From assembly GCA_964187785.1 (NCBI GenBank), contig OZ076416.1, forward strand, positions 59,210,001-59,274,000: a stretch of 64,000 bases of DNA, written 5' to 3'. This document shows, piece by piece, positions 24,101 through 36,600 of the stretch. Position 1 is the first letter of the stretch. The number at the start of each line of letters is the position of its first letter. This stretch comes from Amphiscolops sp. MND2022. Its lineage: Eukaryota. Position numbers and translations under genes: made by a program. The notes beneath the pieces are model-generated. The model saw only the letters and a program-made list of their open reading frames with translations. It was not told the origin of the DNA and searched no databases.

Positions 24101-26802
24101 AGAATTTGCGCACAGTCCTCCAAACAGTTTTAGCAACCGGTGGTTTCAATTTAACGAAATGGACGTCCAACAACCTTGATTTCAATCAGTCCATTCCAGA
24201 GTCCGACAGGTCGAATTCAGCACCAATCAATCCAAACAAGAAAGTTATCGACAGAGTATTAGGCGTGAAATGGAATACGATCGACGATTGCTATCTTTTG
24301 GAACCTACCAATTTTCAAGACACTCCAAAAAAGCTAACTCAAAGAACACTACTGAAGTACGTTCCTTCAATTTTTGACCCTCTTGGTATGTCGTCACCTA
24401 TTCAAATTCGCATTTGCACCTCTCTTCAGCAAATTTGGAAGGGTAACCAGCATTGGGATCGTCCCATCGCGCTTGCAGATTATCCTGAGCTACCAATTTT
24501 CAAGACACTCCAAAAAAGCTAACTCAAAGAACACTACTGAAGTACGTTCCTTCAATTTTTGACCCTCTTGGTATGTCGTCACCTATTCAAATTCGCATTT
24601 GCACCTCTCTTCAGCAAATTTGGAAGGGTAACCAGCATTGGGATCGTCCCATCGCGCTTGCAGATTATCCTGAGCTGAAAAATTTTTTCGAAGATGTAGC
24701 GAATCTTTCGACAGTTCACATCAAGCGGCATTATTTCGAAGCTTCCAAGCATTCAGTTCGTAAAGAATTACACGTTTTTAACGATGCTTCTGAAAAAGCA
24801 ATAGCCAATGTTGTATTTCTTCGTACAGTTTTCTCCGACAAATCCGTGTTTCAGTCTCAGTTTCATTCTAGGAAAAGCTCGAGTAGCACCAATCAAGAGA
24901 ATGACCACCCCCAATCTCGAACTATTGGCAGCAACGAACCGAGCCAAACTGGCTCATTTCATCAAAGAAGAGCAAAACTTTTCTTTTGACACAATTGTAT
25001 ATTGGACAGACAGCACTACAGTTCTATCTTGGATCAACTCATCCGAGAGCCGACACAAAATTTTTATAGCCAACCGTATATCCATCATTCTCTCAACTTC
25101 GACTGTGTCGCAGTGGCGTTACGTTCCCACAGACTTGAATCCGGCCGACGATGTTACTAGAGGAATACCGGTTTCAAATTTTACATCCGAGTCACGATGG
25201 CTCAAAGGACCCGATTTCCTTCTGAACAATCCAGAGACTTGGCCAGAAAGACCACACGTTGCACCCGAATGTCCAAATTCTTGTTTCCCTCTGCACCCAT
25301 TTGAGGCAATCGTATCTTTTCAAATTTTTAGTCAATGGACTCGTCTTCTCAAAACCGTTGCATTCTGTTATTTTTTGTTGGACAAACACCATCGCATCAA
25401 CGATAGATTGGGTGTTGCTCACCTTATGAAAGCGTTCAGATGGATCTTATTGGAGACTCAACGAACTTCGTTTCCGGAAGAAATCAACGCTCTAAGGAAA
25501 CAAAAACCTCCTGCGTCTAACTCACGAATATCATCGCTCTCTCTATTTCTTGATCGTCAATGTCTTCTTCGCTCTCGTGGCAGGCTTTCCAAAGCTAAAT
25601 ATCTGCTTGTGGCTCGTAACCCAATCATTCTTGATTCGAAACATCCGGCAGTAAAACTATTTCTCCTCCATATACACAAAAGCAACTCCCATGCTAGTCT
25701 CGAACAGTCTCGTAGCATTGTTCAAGAGCAGTTTTGGGTTCTACGTTGTCGATCTGCACTCAAGGCCATCATCCATCATTGTATTCTTTGCAAAATAATT
25801 ACCCAGCATGTTGACTATCCGATCATGGCTGATCTACCTGGTTGTCGCTTACCTTCTGCCAACCACTTTCCATTTCTTACAACAGGACTCGATTTTGTTG
25901 GTCCGTTTCCCATCAAAGACAATGGTCAATTCGAGAGACGATATTGCTTGCTATTTACTTGCCTTGTCACAAGAGCTGTTCATATCGAAACTTGTGCTGA
26001 TCTTAATACTGAGACAACCCTCATGGCAATACGTCGTTTCGTTTCTTTGCGTGGAAATCCGCAACAAATCTACTCTGACAATGCGACAACTTTCATCAAA
26101 GCTAGTAAAGAACTGAAAGATGGCATTGAGAAACTTCGAACGGACAATTCCTTTCGCGACACCTTGTTACTACTCCATTTGGATTGGCGCTTTATCCCCC
26201 CATCATCGCCTCATTTTGGTGGTTCTTGGGAGAGTTTGGTAAAGGTGTTCAAGAATGCTTTTTACAGTGTAATTGGTTCTCGAACTTTAACTCATGACAC
26301 CCTCTCGACGTTTGTGTGCGAGGTTGCTGCTATGATGAAAGGTCGACCTCTTACTCAAGTATCCAGCAATTTCCGAGACGTGGAACCAATCACACTAAAC
26401 CATTTCCTGCTGGGCCGTCCATCGCCAAATTTTCCTTCCGGTTTTTTCTTGGACAAGTCAATTATCTCCAGCAGTTGGAAGCAAGCACAACAGATCTCTG
26501 ATCAGTTTTGGATGCGTTTTCTGAAAGAATACATGCCTACTCTCCTCAAGCGTGGCAAATGGTCCACTCCAACCCAGAATTTGCAGCCTGGCGACTTGGT
26601 TTGGGTACTAGAAGATTTTACACCAAGTGGGTTATGGCCGATGGCAAGAGTTGACAAAGTGTTTCCGGGGGCGGATGGAGTCGTGCGATCTTGCAGACTC
26701 AAAACGACTTATGGCCTACATTCACAGACCAGTCGTGAAGTTGTCAAAAATCCCTGTCGACATCGTAAACAAAACTTGAAACTTCGCCCTAATTTTACCT
26801 AA
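21168..26802 (+). pseudogene. Gag-protease-RT-RNase H-integrase polyprotein of element B (frameshifted)
   Basis: Gag motif LPKIQPPVFQSNPLTWLDW, Cys/His knuckles CFNCLKGH...CQQPGCMKKHHTLLH, protease LLDTGS, RT WYLPHHPV...YMEDL (YMDD altered), RNase H LHVFNDAS, and integrase TGLDFVGP, SDNATTF, PPSSPHFGG. Frameshifts fall at ~23600, ~24490 and ~24850. Confidence 0.95.
24305..24676 (+). repeat. 185-bp tandem duplication inside pol
   Basis: 24305-24491 is repeated at 24490-24676 with CT microhomology. Confidence 0.9.
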
Positions 26803-26836
26803 ATAGTGATATCAACTTTCATCCAAACCCTTTTTC

Positions 26837-26848
26837 GGGGTCGGAATA
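26837..26848 (+). promoter_or_regulatory. Polypurine tract region before the 3' LTR
   Basis: GGGGTCGGAATA immediately precedes TGTTG. Confidence 0.6.
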
Positions 26849-27260
26849 TGTTGTGACTCAACATTTTGATCGATGAATTTCGACGTGAAATCTTTTGAAT
26901 AGTTTTTGATTGTTGTTTAATTCGTATTGCTCATAGCAAGTTCTCCTGAATGGAAATATTCAAAAATTAATCTTTGCGTTTTTGCAAGATATAGAAACGA
27001 AACTCAAGAAAAGAAAAGAGAAAGAGAAAACCAATTCCTCAGGTAAATATATTTTGAAATTGTCCCCTCTTTGTTACCCCTCCTCTTTTCTGATTATTCT
27101 TATATAATAAATATATTTTATATAATATCAGTTATTTTACTGGTCTCAACATTTTACTAATTTTTGTCAGTATTTCCGGGCATTTCCTGACCATTCATTT
27201 TATGGCCACTGTCCCCACGACTGCTATGACGAACTCACCCATTATGCGAGGTCAGTAACA
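26849..27260 (+). repeat. 3' LTR of element B (412 bp)
   Basis: Direct repeat of 19766-20176. Confidence 0.95.
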
Positions 27261-27508
27261 GGCGCCGACTAAAAACGTTTCATTTTCATTGAAAAAATTT
27301 ATTTGTTTCAAAAACTGGCAGTTTTTGACAAAAAATAAAATTTTTTGATATTCCGTGTCTCAATTGGCTTCGCAGTCTATTGTGATTCAGGCCCTTTGCA
27401 CTTAACTCTTTCGATTGAAGCGGAACAAGGTACCTTATTCTAAGGGTTTCTGAAACCGTTGCTGGAACTTTGTCAATCTCCTCAAAAATAGCTTGAAATG
27501 GCATAACA

Positions 27509-27985
27509 TTTTTAGTCGGCGCTTTTATTTTTAAAAGTGCCCGACAATTACAGTCACTCGTTATTTTTCTTTTTTTTCAGACAGACTCGAAGCGACGAAA
27601 TTTTTGGTCACTTTCTTCAATTCAACCAAACGAATACCTGGGAAACGCATCTATAAGTTATTGCAAAGTACCCCCTTTCAGTTTTTACTTTTTAAACGTA
27701 ACATACAAAACCGGATGAGACTACAGGGCACCCCTGTCATTTTTTTCGGCGCTGTGAGACTTTTTTTGATAATTGTTTTTTTTAAAGGGTGCCCCTTCAT
27801 AATATCCGGAGTTAAGCGCTATATCCGAACTTCTGACGTTATATTCGAACTATATTGCGTTTTTGTAAGAAGGAGGCGGAGGTCCGAAAACATGACTTTT
27901 TCATGAAAACGTGCTACGCATATTTCAAATCTGCGCTTTTTGAGCCTTAGATATAGCGCCGACTTTAGACGTTCCCGTCTTGTTT
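27509..27985 (+). mobile_element. HINE copy
   Basis: TTTTTAGTCGGCGC...GTGCCCGAC 5' stem-loop; 3' GCGCCGACT + AGACG-TTCC-CGTCT + TGTTT. Confidence 0.8.
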
Positions 27986-28930
27986 CCTTAGAATTCGTTG
28001 GTTTTTGCAAATTGCACTTCGATGCGGATACCTCCAGTGAATTCTAAAAGTGCAGATTCCCGCTCTTTTGCTTTGCGCCATTCGGCAGTCGTCAATTATT
28101 TCCAATGTGCTAAGGTCCAGTTCTAGTGATAAAATTTGGTCAGTTTTTGATAACAGTCAATTCATCGCTGTCCACTGATTGCACTTTGACAACTTTGAGG
28201 AACTCAGTATTCACATGTCCCAAGAATTTCAAATAATCTCCACTGAATTATTTCCGGTATTTGTTTTAAGTTTGGGTATAGATTTAGGACTGATAGATTT
28301 GTGATTATCTTCTTAGATGAACACTTCATTTTCAAACTTGTCTCATATTAGTCTTGAAGTTTCCAAAGTAAGAAGAATTTACACTAGACGCAAATCCAAG
28401 AAACTTTTTTTTTCTAACATATTTTGGAAAATTTGAAGAATTTTGACAAATTCGCGATATCATTAGCCGTTCCAAACTTGATTACCAAACAAGGGTTCCA
28501 TTCTTTTTCACAGGACTGTAAAGGTGATAAGATGTCGGTTTTTACCAATTTTTGATTTGTTTTAAAACATGTTTATAAATCAACCCTAGTCTGAACGTGC
28601 GATCAGTAAGTTCTTCAAAATTTGACAGTGCAGTCAATGATCGGCTATGAGTTGATTGATAGATAATAACCTAAACAAAACTTTTTAAATAATGCAAAAG
28701 TAACTACAAATGTAACACAGTGAGCTGGTAAAAGCCAATTTCCGGGATATTTGTCATGAACGTTTCAAACAAACCCGAATAAAATCTAGAGTGAAATTCA
28801 AAAAAGTTGTACTGGGAGCATTTCCCCTAATAGTCAAAAGTTTCAGAGAAAAGAGCAGATGGAATGTTCCAAACGTTCATTTCAATTGGATGTTCCATTC
28901 TTTTATCACAGGACCGACGAGTATGATCAA

Positions 28931-30399
28931 TTTTTAGTCGGCGCTTTTTGTAGAAAAACGCAGACTATAGTAGTGACTTTTCTTTTTTTTTTAAGACCAA
29001 CGAAGTGACAGATTTTATAAGCTTTATAAGCTGACTTGAACTAACACTAAATGCCACACTACTTCTACTGGCACTTGAGATAGAGGTTAATTAGGCTTTT
29101 TTGAGATCCCCTTTTGCATATTTCGGCACTCTGCGAGTTATCGGAGACTTCAAAAAAATTTTCCTCATTTGGGTACTGTAGAAGAGAATACTTGACACTT
29201 TGAAGTCCTTTTGCTATTTTTGCCCGAGTTGACAACCCAGGGAAATCCATCGGTGGCCACCGATCTTCCACCACAGTTCCATCGGTGGCCACTTCGGTGG
29301 CCGTAACAGTTTTTGCGGTGGCCACCGGTGGCCCACCGGTGGGTAACGGTGGCCACCGATGGGCTATAGGTGGGGATCGGTGGGCCACCGATGGACCATC
29401 GGTGGGCTACGGTGGGCCATCGGAGGGCCGTCGATGAAAGGTCCCCAAAGGTTGGTTACCCTCAGGGTTCGGAAAAAAAACAAGATTCTGTAAAAATTAT
29501 GTTTTCAACGTTTTAAACATAAAAATTGCTTGTCAAAAACATGTCGAAAACTCGAAATCTTGAATTCATAAACACAAAATTCTAAAACATATCTAAAATG
29601 TAAAACTCTAAACTGAAAATCACTGCAAAAGTCTGAGACAAAATGCCAATGATCTTTCATTCTCTCCACAACTACAGCTTTTTCCCAGGGACATTGTTTG
29701 CATTTGTCTCTTTCATCATCTTGTGATCGTTCAAATTCGAGCCAAATTGCATCTCGTTTTCTTCCAGTGATAACCATAGGTAAAAAGCGCTGGAATAAGA
29801 TCTAAAATCCTGAAAAAAATACCGGAATAAGATCTAAAATGACTGGAAAAAACACCGGACTAAGATGTTAAATGACTGGAAAAAACACCGGAGTAAGATC
29901 TAAAATCCCTGAAAAAAATACCGGAATAAGATCTAAAATGACTGAAAAAAACACCAGAAAAATCTTAAATCACCCAAAAAAAATCACTAGAGTAAGATCT
30001 AAACTCACTGGATAACCAGTGGAAAAGGTTTTCGGACACGATTTGAAACTGCAAACAGGGTTTACAGCTACTTCAGAACCGGTCCTTATAATTTTCCCAT
30101 TTTGTTAGGCTTTGATGCATTAAGGTCGAGAATTTTGTCTCAAGGTATTTTGTGTACCAACATTCAGTTGCTAGAAATGTTGAACGAAATTTTCACTTTC
30201 GAAATTTTCGAATTTTCCACCGATGGTCCATCGGTGGACCACCGGTGGCCACCGGTGGGAAAGCCTCCACGTTAGCTAATTTCCCCCCACCGATGGCCAT
30301 TGGTGGTCCACCGATGGCCACCGATGGATTTCCCTGGGTTGTCAGTACGGGTGAGCCTTAGATATGGCGCCGACTTGGGCCGTTCCCGGCTTGTTTTTT
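28931..30399 (+). mobile_element. HINE copy interrupted by a CCC-terminal element
   Basis: Both HINE termini are present, and TTTTTG|AGCC is restored on removing the insertion. Confidence 0.8.
29223..30351. mobile_element. Non-autonomous CCC-terminal DNA transposon (EnSpm/CMC-like), TG 2-bp TSD
   Basis: TIRs of ~37 bp: CCCG(AGT/TAC)TGACAACCCAGGGAAATCCATCGGTGGCCA. Many CATCGGTGG(C/A)CCAC subterminal repeats occur in both orientations. A ~33-bp internal tandem repeat (GAATAAGATCTAAAAT) lies at ~29790-30005. Confidence 0.85.
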
Positions 30400-30657
30400 C
30401 ATATGGCTGCATTTCACACTCTTCATCAAATACATAATATGGCTGAGTTTTTTGTTTGTCAGTAATTACCGAAACTGTTTTAAATGTCGGTTCATTTATA
30501 GAAAAAACGAAGTTTTAAGACGTTTTACTGAAATGCCACTTCTGGAGACAATAACTATTTCAGAATTTGCACTTTCCCAATTTGCCACAGTTCATTAAGT
30601 AAGATTATGCTTCCATCTTTTTTGTCGATGTTAAATTGATGAAATTGAGGTGATCGT

Positions 30658-30710
30658 AACAAAATGATAATGTTTACAAGGGATTCCCTTGTAAACATTA
30701 TCATTTTGTT
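30658..30710. repeat. Perfect hairpin, 26-bp arms, 1-nt loop
   Basis: AACAAAATGATAATGTTTACAAGGGA-T-TCCCTTGTAAACATTATCATTTTGTT. Confidence 0.9.
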
Positions 30711-33700
30711 GGGGATGTAAACTGTCGTTTTGTCATCACGGATTTTTTGTCGGTTCTTATTGATGTAAAACCTAGAAAAAAAATTGTGTAAGATATATCA
30801 TAGTTCCACGCAATTCCATGCATGGAACCATATGGTTTCAAATTATTCCATGCATGGAAACGGCATGAAATTATCATATGGAACCAAATGGTTCCATGCA
30901 TGGAATAGGATGGGATTACATGGTGCGTTGCATCCAGGAGGCTTCCTGAAAAATAGGAAGATTCCGTGCAAAAAAATGAATCCCGTTTGTGGCTCCATCC
31001 AATAAAAACATATATGTTCTTATGTCATCCGGTATGATGAAATCCGTTTTCCTGAAAAAGAAACATCTTTTGCGTCTCAAGCAATTCCGGCTCAATTCTT
31101 GAAAATATGCGTTTCCGGTATTGAACCATAAAAGAGCATTATTTGGTAAAATTTTGACCAAATAATGCTGTTTTTTGGTCTAAAACGTCATTTCCGGCAT
31201 TTTCCGGCAATGTCTGAAATAATTTCTTGTGATGATGAGAAAATGTTATACTGAAGTCATGGAAATTACCATTTTTGGAGATAAATAATTGATACTATAG
31301 ATAGTGCAAGAAAAAAGCAGAAAAAAGTGGTTGTTTTTGATGTTGGCTGAGACTTGACTGAATTCTCTCACCATGAATTGGCAATTGACTCAAATGGAAC
31401 ATCTCTCAAACTGTATAGTTGGACAAAGCAGCATTGAGTGTAAGTGCAATTGAAAAGAGTTAATTAGCGCCTATTTGAGCATGCTTCAAAAACAGTGCAT
31501 TGAACAGTGGAAAAGAAAACAAATGAGACGGCGGGTTCTCACGCTGTAAAGGTGTGAAAATGTTCAATAGTTGGCAGGCAGCACTCGTAGCGAGGGGAGA
31601 TGAAAGCGGCGGAAGGGGTGAAAGAATTGATGTCTGAATGGCGGCGCGATGGACACTGGAGGGACATGGATTGAGGTGACAGACAGATGACAGACAAGAC
31701 ATTTGTTTACTCTGTTGACGGCGGGAGGTGGGCGCTAGGCGGCGCATCAAAGCCAACTGGCGCGTGTGTTCAATGTCCCCTCAAAGAGCGCGGCCGCCGG
31801 AGCTGTGAAGTTGCAATTAATCCATAATTGTCATTGCGCAATACTGTAATTAGTTGCATCACAATAACACTTGCAATAGCGGCTGAGATGGCTCACTGTG
31901 GTAGGAGGGTCACGCATGTCAGAACTTGTCACTTGTGATGTCATCGCTGTTTTCATCATCACTGCTCTTATCTTTTCACACTTCCGTTCACACTTCTGTT
32001 CACACTTTCACACTTGCAACTTTGCCGCCATTAACCTACCAAACAGCAGCAGCTGATATTTCCATAAATGGTCATCACTGCTCATTGATTGTTTCTTACA
32101 TCTTGTCATTGTGCTACAGCCGACACAGGGGCTAGTTACTGTATTGCTTCTGAGTACAATTCCCAATTCCATTCAATTGGGAGATACTTCATACACTGAT
32201 ATCCCCAATGACACATTAAGCGTGTGATGAACGAGGGGGGAGAGGGGGGGTTGTGTTGGCAACAGGTAGCGGGTGTGAAGAAACAAACAAACAATCAATC
32301 AATCAAGGAGACCCGCAGATGCCGCCTTTGCTTTGATGTGCACACCTTGGCTGCGTGTCAATCAGCCGCCACTGCTCAACAAGGTGTGAAGAAGTTGTGA
32401 TCAAAATGCAAAAGCCTTCTACAAGCAGCTCTCCACTTATGTTTATACTTATACTATAACTTATAAGAATAATATATATCTGAAAAAAAACTTGGAAAAA
32501 ACTTGACTGCAAATACATTCACATAGCCGAGTTGAAAAATATTACAAGCTTTGATTCCCCGAGTTGAAAAAATAGCCTTGATTGTAAATACTTTTCCAGA
32601 CCCTAAAAGATTAGCTTGACAATTCAGAAAATAATTTCACCCAAAAAAAGGGCGACAGTGAATGCAAAAAAGGGAAGTTAATTAATGCCCAATTTAAGGA
32701 AGGAACGACAATTTTTAGTCGGCACTTTTCTCTAGCATTTTTTCGATACACCTGAAGCAGCCAAAATAGTTCTACAAGTTCTTCAAATTTGGCCAACGTC
32801 TCACTGCCACTTTGCCTAGTGGTTAACGCGAGGTCTAAGAGGAGGAGTACGTTGGTTCGAGTCTCACACTACGTCGAAATATTTTTTATAATTGCAAAAG
32901 TAAAGGGGAGACCAAAAGATTAACCTTTTGAATTGTTTCGGCACTAGGCAACTTTTCTCCAAAAACTTCTTCAATCGAAGTGATTTCATTTTAAGACCTC
33001 TTTTGATTTTTAGCAAGAACAAAGCGTTTTGCGAGCGGACCAGATTCAATTTTTCGGCCCAATGCGACTGACATATGATTTAAAATTATTTTGTGGAACT
33101 TTCTCAACTTTAAAAAAAAGTTTTTTGAAGTTTTCTGAGAGGAAAAAACTTTTCGGAGTCCAAAGGGTGACCTCGTTGAATATTTTTGGTCCTGTGGAAC
33201 GGGTGAGAGTTTTCTCAATAAATGTGGAAATGATCTACAGTGCGACTTCGGAAATTTGTTTTTGGTCGCAGTCTATCCCCTTCAATTTGATAAATGTTTC
33301 AGCCTGAAAAAAGTGTTATGCGGTTTGATTTCAGAAACTCGGGATAACCAGAAGAGATCTTTTGCGGTACGGTGATGGTACCATTCTGCAATTTTTAGGT
33401 TTTTAAATAAACAGCATTTTTTCTCGACATTTCTCAAATTTTCAATAACTTTCACCCCTGGAATACGAGAAAATTGAATACTTTTTGAGGGCCTACCAAG
33501 TGCTTCGTTCAAGGAACAATCACGGAGTCGGACAAAAATTTAGACTAATTATGCAACCGTACCTTTTTTTCTTTTTCTCCCAATCTTTCAATGAAAATTT
33601 TAATTTCTTAAAAATTGTCCATAGGATTTGTACAAACTTTAGCCAATCATTCCTAAACCCAAAGGTGCTCCTGCCCTGCGTGCGTAATGGCATCAAAATT

Positions 33701-35126
33701 GTATGACTGCAATCTGAGCAGCATTGCCAAAATTAGTGGAAGAAAATGACGAAAAACGATCAATTTTGGACTTTTGTCGAGTTTTTCAAAAAGTGTCCAA
33801 ACAATTCGAACGATTTTTTTTACATTCTACACCACATTTCGGTCCTATGTGTGCCATGACATCAAAAGCGTCTGACTGGGATCTGAAAAACATAGCCAAA
33901 AGTAGTCCAAAATGGACAAAAGAACGGCAACTATTTTCAAACAGTACAATTTTCAGCAATTACATTGATCTACAAAATTATCGGAACTTAATAATCGTAC
34001 ACGGAAACGGAAAAACTTTGTTGAAGAATAGTTTTAGTATCAGGGTTTGCCTCAGTTGCATTTGTACTTCTTTACAAAAACTTGAATTAAACAACGAATG
34101 GTAACAAAACTGTCCTTATTCCACAGTTGTCGCGCTTATTAGATTGATTTTCGCAGTTAGTAATCATCAATCATCAATCAATTGTTATCTTGGAACGGTA
34201 GGGACGGTAGTTGGAACGGTTCGGGACGAAGACCACTTAAGCCAACTTTACTACTTGTAAATCTGTGTTCAATGACCGTTTTGTTTAATCAAGAAATTTA
34301 TGTGTTCTTTGCTTCATCATCGTTACCTTTTCACGAGCCTCATTGAGTTTCTGAATTGAATTGTCTTCGATCCATTGAACTCTCAGGTTGCATGATCTCG
34401 TTTCTCAATTCTTTTTGTTTCCTATCTTGGTTGGATTTTTTTGTCTGTCGCCCGGGCTGGGGGCACATGATGAATAAAGAAGCGTTTTTTTAAAACGCTG
34501 ATTGATGACGACAATCCAATTCTGATCAGGGTTCGAAAAAAAATTCTTATCTAATTGAAGTTCAAAAAAACAAAATTAGTAGTTTCTGCTTGCAACAACT
34601 TAGATTAATGCAATCTGATTAAAATAAATGGTTACATTGTTTCATTCCAATTGCACCCAATAGGGTGATATCTGTTTATTTTCGGACTCTTTTTACAATC
34701 CTAAAATGTTCCTTACCTTCTGAATGAAACAAGAAAGAAAATCTATTAGAAAAAAATATCATTATCATAACATGAGCTTTTAGATGAAGGATATTTTTAG
34801 CAACATTTCAAGGAAAAACCAGCGCGTCCCAAGTTTTAAATTGGTGTAATCTGGTGTCAATAAGTTGAAGAACTGATGGTTTTTGAAATGACAAAATATT
34901 CTTTCGGATATTGCTTCCACATGAACATAGATAGAATGATTCAAAAGACTTCGCGTAGACAACTGCTAATAATAAAACAAGACGCCCGGTAATCGTTTTT
35001 GGGATTATTCCGCCACACTCATGTTGCAAAAAAGGTATGGCCAATGACAGGATTGAAAGCCCGCCACACTACTCAAATAAGCAAAAAGTATGGCAAAGGC
35101 TATTGGGAATGCAGCAAAAATTTCAG

Positions 35127-35198
35127 ACTCCAGCCCGGATTCGAATCCACGATCCACTGATTGGCAGTCGGACACCCTACCAACTGGCCCACCGTGGC
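35127..35198 (-). repeat. tRNA-like (A-box/B-box) segment embedded in a dispersed repeat
   Basis: The minus strand reads GCCACGGTGGGCCAGTTGGTAGGG...CTGCCAA...GGATTCGAATCCGGGCTGGAGT. The acceptor and anticodon stems are broken. Confidence 0.55.
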
Positions 35199-36199
35199 TA
35201 AATTATCTACATTACTCACGTACCTTGATAAGTCATCACGATAACTAAATGGATAAAATCACCAAGTGGATTTTTGGCAGAATTTGGAAAAAGGTAGTGA
35301 TTTTCCTCCCTCTACACAAATAAGTTGACGGGGCCGGAAAATAACAAGAATTCAATTACGGGGTATGTTTTTCCTCCTCTTCATTCGTGTAGATTTCACT
35401 GAAACAGTTATTGCCTAGAGAACTTTTTTCAGTGTTGTAAAACGTTACCCTAATGTAAAAGGTAGGTTTCCCTAATCGACCATGTAGTTGTGAAAAACTT
35501 TAATTCAAGTTTCGTCGTGAGAAAACAAGTACCACTTACCATTATGCGAATTCAGTTTCATCAGAATGAAAACAACTGTATTCATTTCAGCTTTAGAAAA
35601 CAACTTCGAGACGTCCTCATCGACTTCGGCTCTGAATGCAGCAGAGGAGAAAAGTATTTCAATCAATAATGAGAGTTTGAATCATTTCATTAGGCTCAAG
35701 TGCAGGAAACGAGAATATTCAAATTCTTTTGTTTGACACCCATGTGAAAAACTAAATATCAAAAATCTAAAGAAACAGATTTTATAATCATTTTGAGAGC
35801 AATTAAACATGTGCAGATTTTAATGCCTCTAAAAATGTCGAGAAAGAGTCAAACCTTTTTCGTCCATCAAAAAACAACAATTTTAAAGTGAGTTTTTTCC
35901 AGTTCTTAGAGTCTTTTTTCCGTAACTTTTTTAACGTATCAGACAGAAGCTATGAGGTGTAATGGATTTCCTATTTCGTGATAAAAGGAGCGGAAATAAC
36001 AGACGACCAAAAAGTTGGGATAAAGTTGATAAACATTTCTTCATTGTCGGTCAACAAGTTCTCTCCAATATCATTTCAAAGGAACTACCGCCTTTTACCA
36101 GATCGAAGAGATCCGATTCTCATGTAATTCAATCCAACCCATGTGGTCGATATCAATACAATTCCGAAAAACCTGAAATATAATGAATCAACTGGTGTA

Positions 36200-36600
36200 T
36201 TTGTCTCTGTGAGGTTCAAGTCGGATACCGCTGTAAAAGGTCAACAGTGAATGCAATTGCAAGTATAACTGAATTGCTTAGAGAGAAACGTTCCAAATCT
36301 GGAACCAAATATGTGTACCTAGATTTGAGGAAAGCATGTGACACTATTGACCATGAAATTCTACAGCAAACATGGACTTACTGGGAATGCGCGGTAACGT
36401 TCTGAATTGGCCTCGATCATACCTCTCTGACAGAAAATACTTCGTTGTAGTCAATGAAGTACAATCAGCATGCAAGATTTTGAACAAAAGTGCACATCAA
36501 GGTCCGTCCTATTTATCATAAACATGAACTATTTGAAAGGGTTTTGTATCCAATCGAAGCTGACGTGTTTTGCAGACAATAAAACTTTATGGAATACTTC
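36200..36600 (+). pseudogene. LINE (CR1/L2-like) reverse transcriptase fragment
   Basis: QVGYRCKRSTVNAI...YLDLRKACDTIDHEIL...LNWPRSYLSDRK...LTCFADN. Confidence 0.85.

Larger units (their letters stand above)
19766..27260 (+). mobile_element. Full-length Bel/Pao LTR retrotransposon B (7.5 kb)
   Basis: Two TG...CA LTRs, a GGCGC TSD (19761-19765 and 27261-27265), a PBS, a PPT and gag-pol domains in Bel/Pao order. Confidence 0.97.
18785..27271 (-). mobile_element. HINE copy split by Bel/Pao element B (and another insertion at ~18850-19310)
   Basis: One terminus is AACAAGACGGGATCGTCTCAAGTCGGCGCC at 18785. The other terminus, AAAGGCGC|CGACTAAAAA, is rejoined when 19766-27265 is removed. Confidence 0.7.

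Noticed and set aside
28000-28920. Coding-looking decayed sequence (also 40830-41790 and 54370-55020)
   Set aside because: No recognisable domain and no second copy to test the frame.
35127-35198. Functional tRNA-Gly(GCC) gene
   Set aside because: The acceptor and anticodon stems do not pair. The same holds for the other tRNA-like segments.
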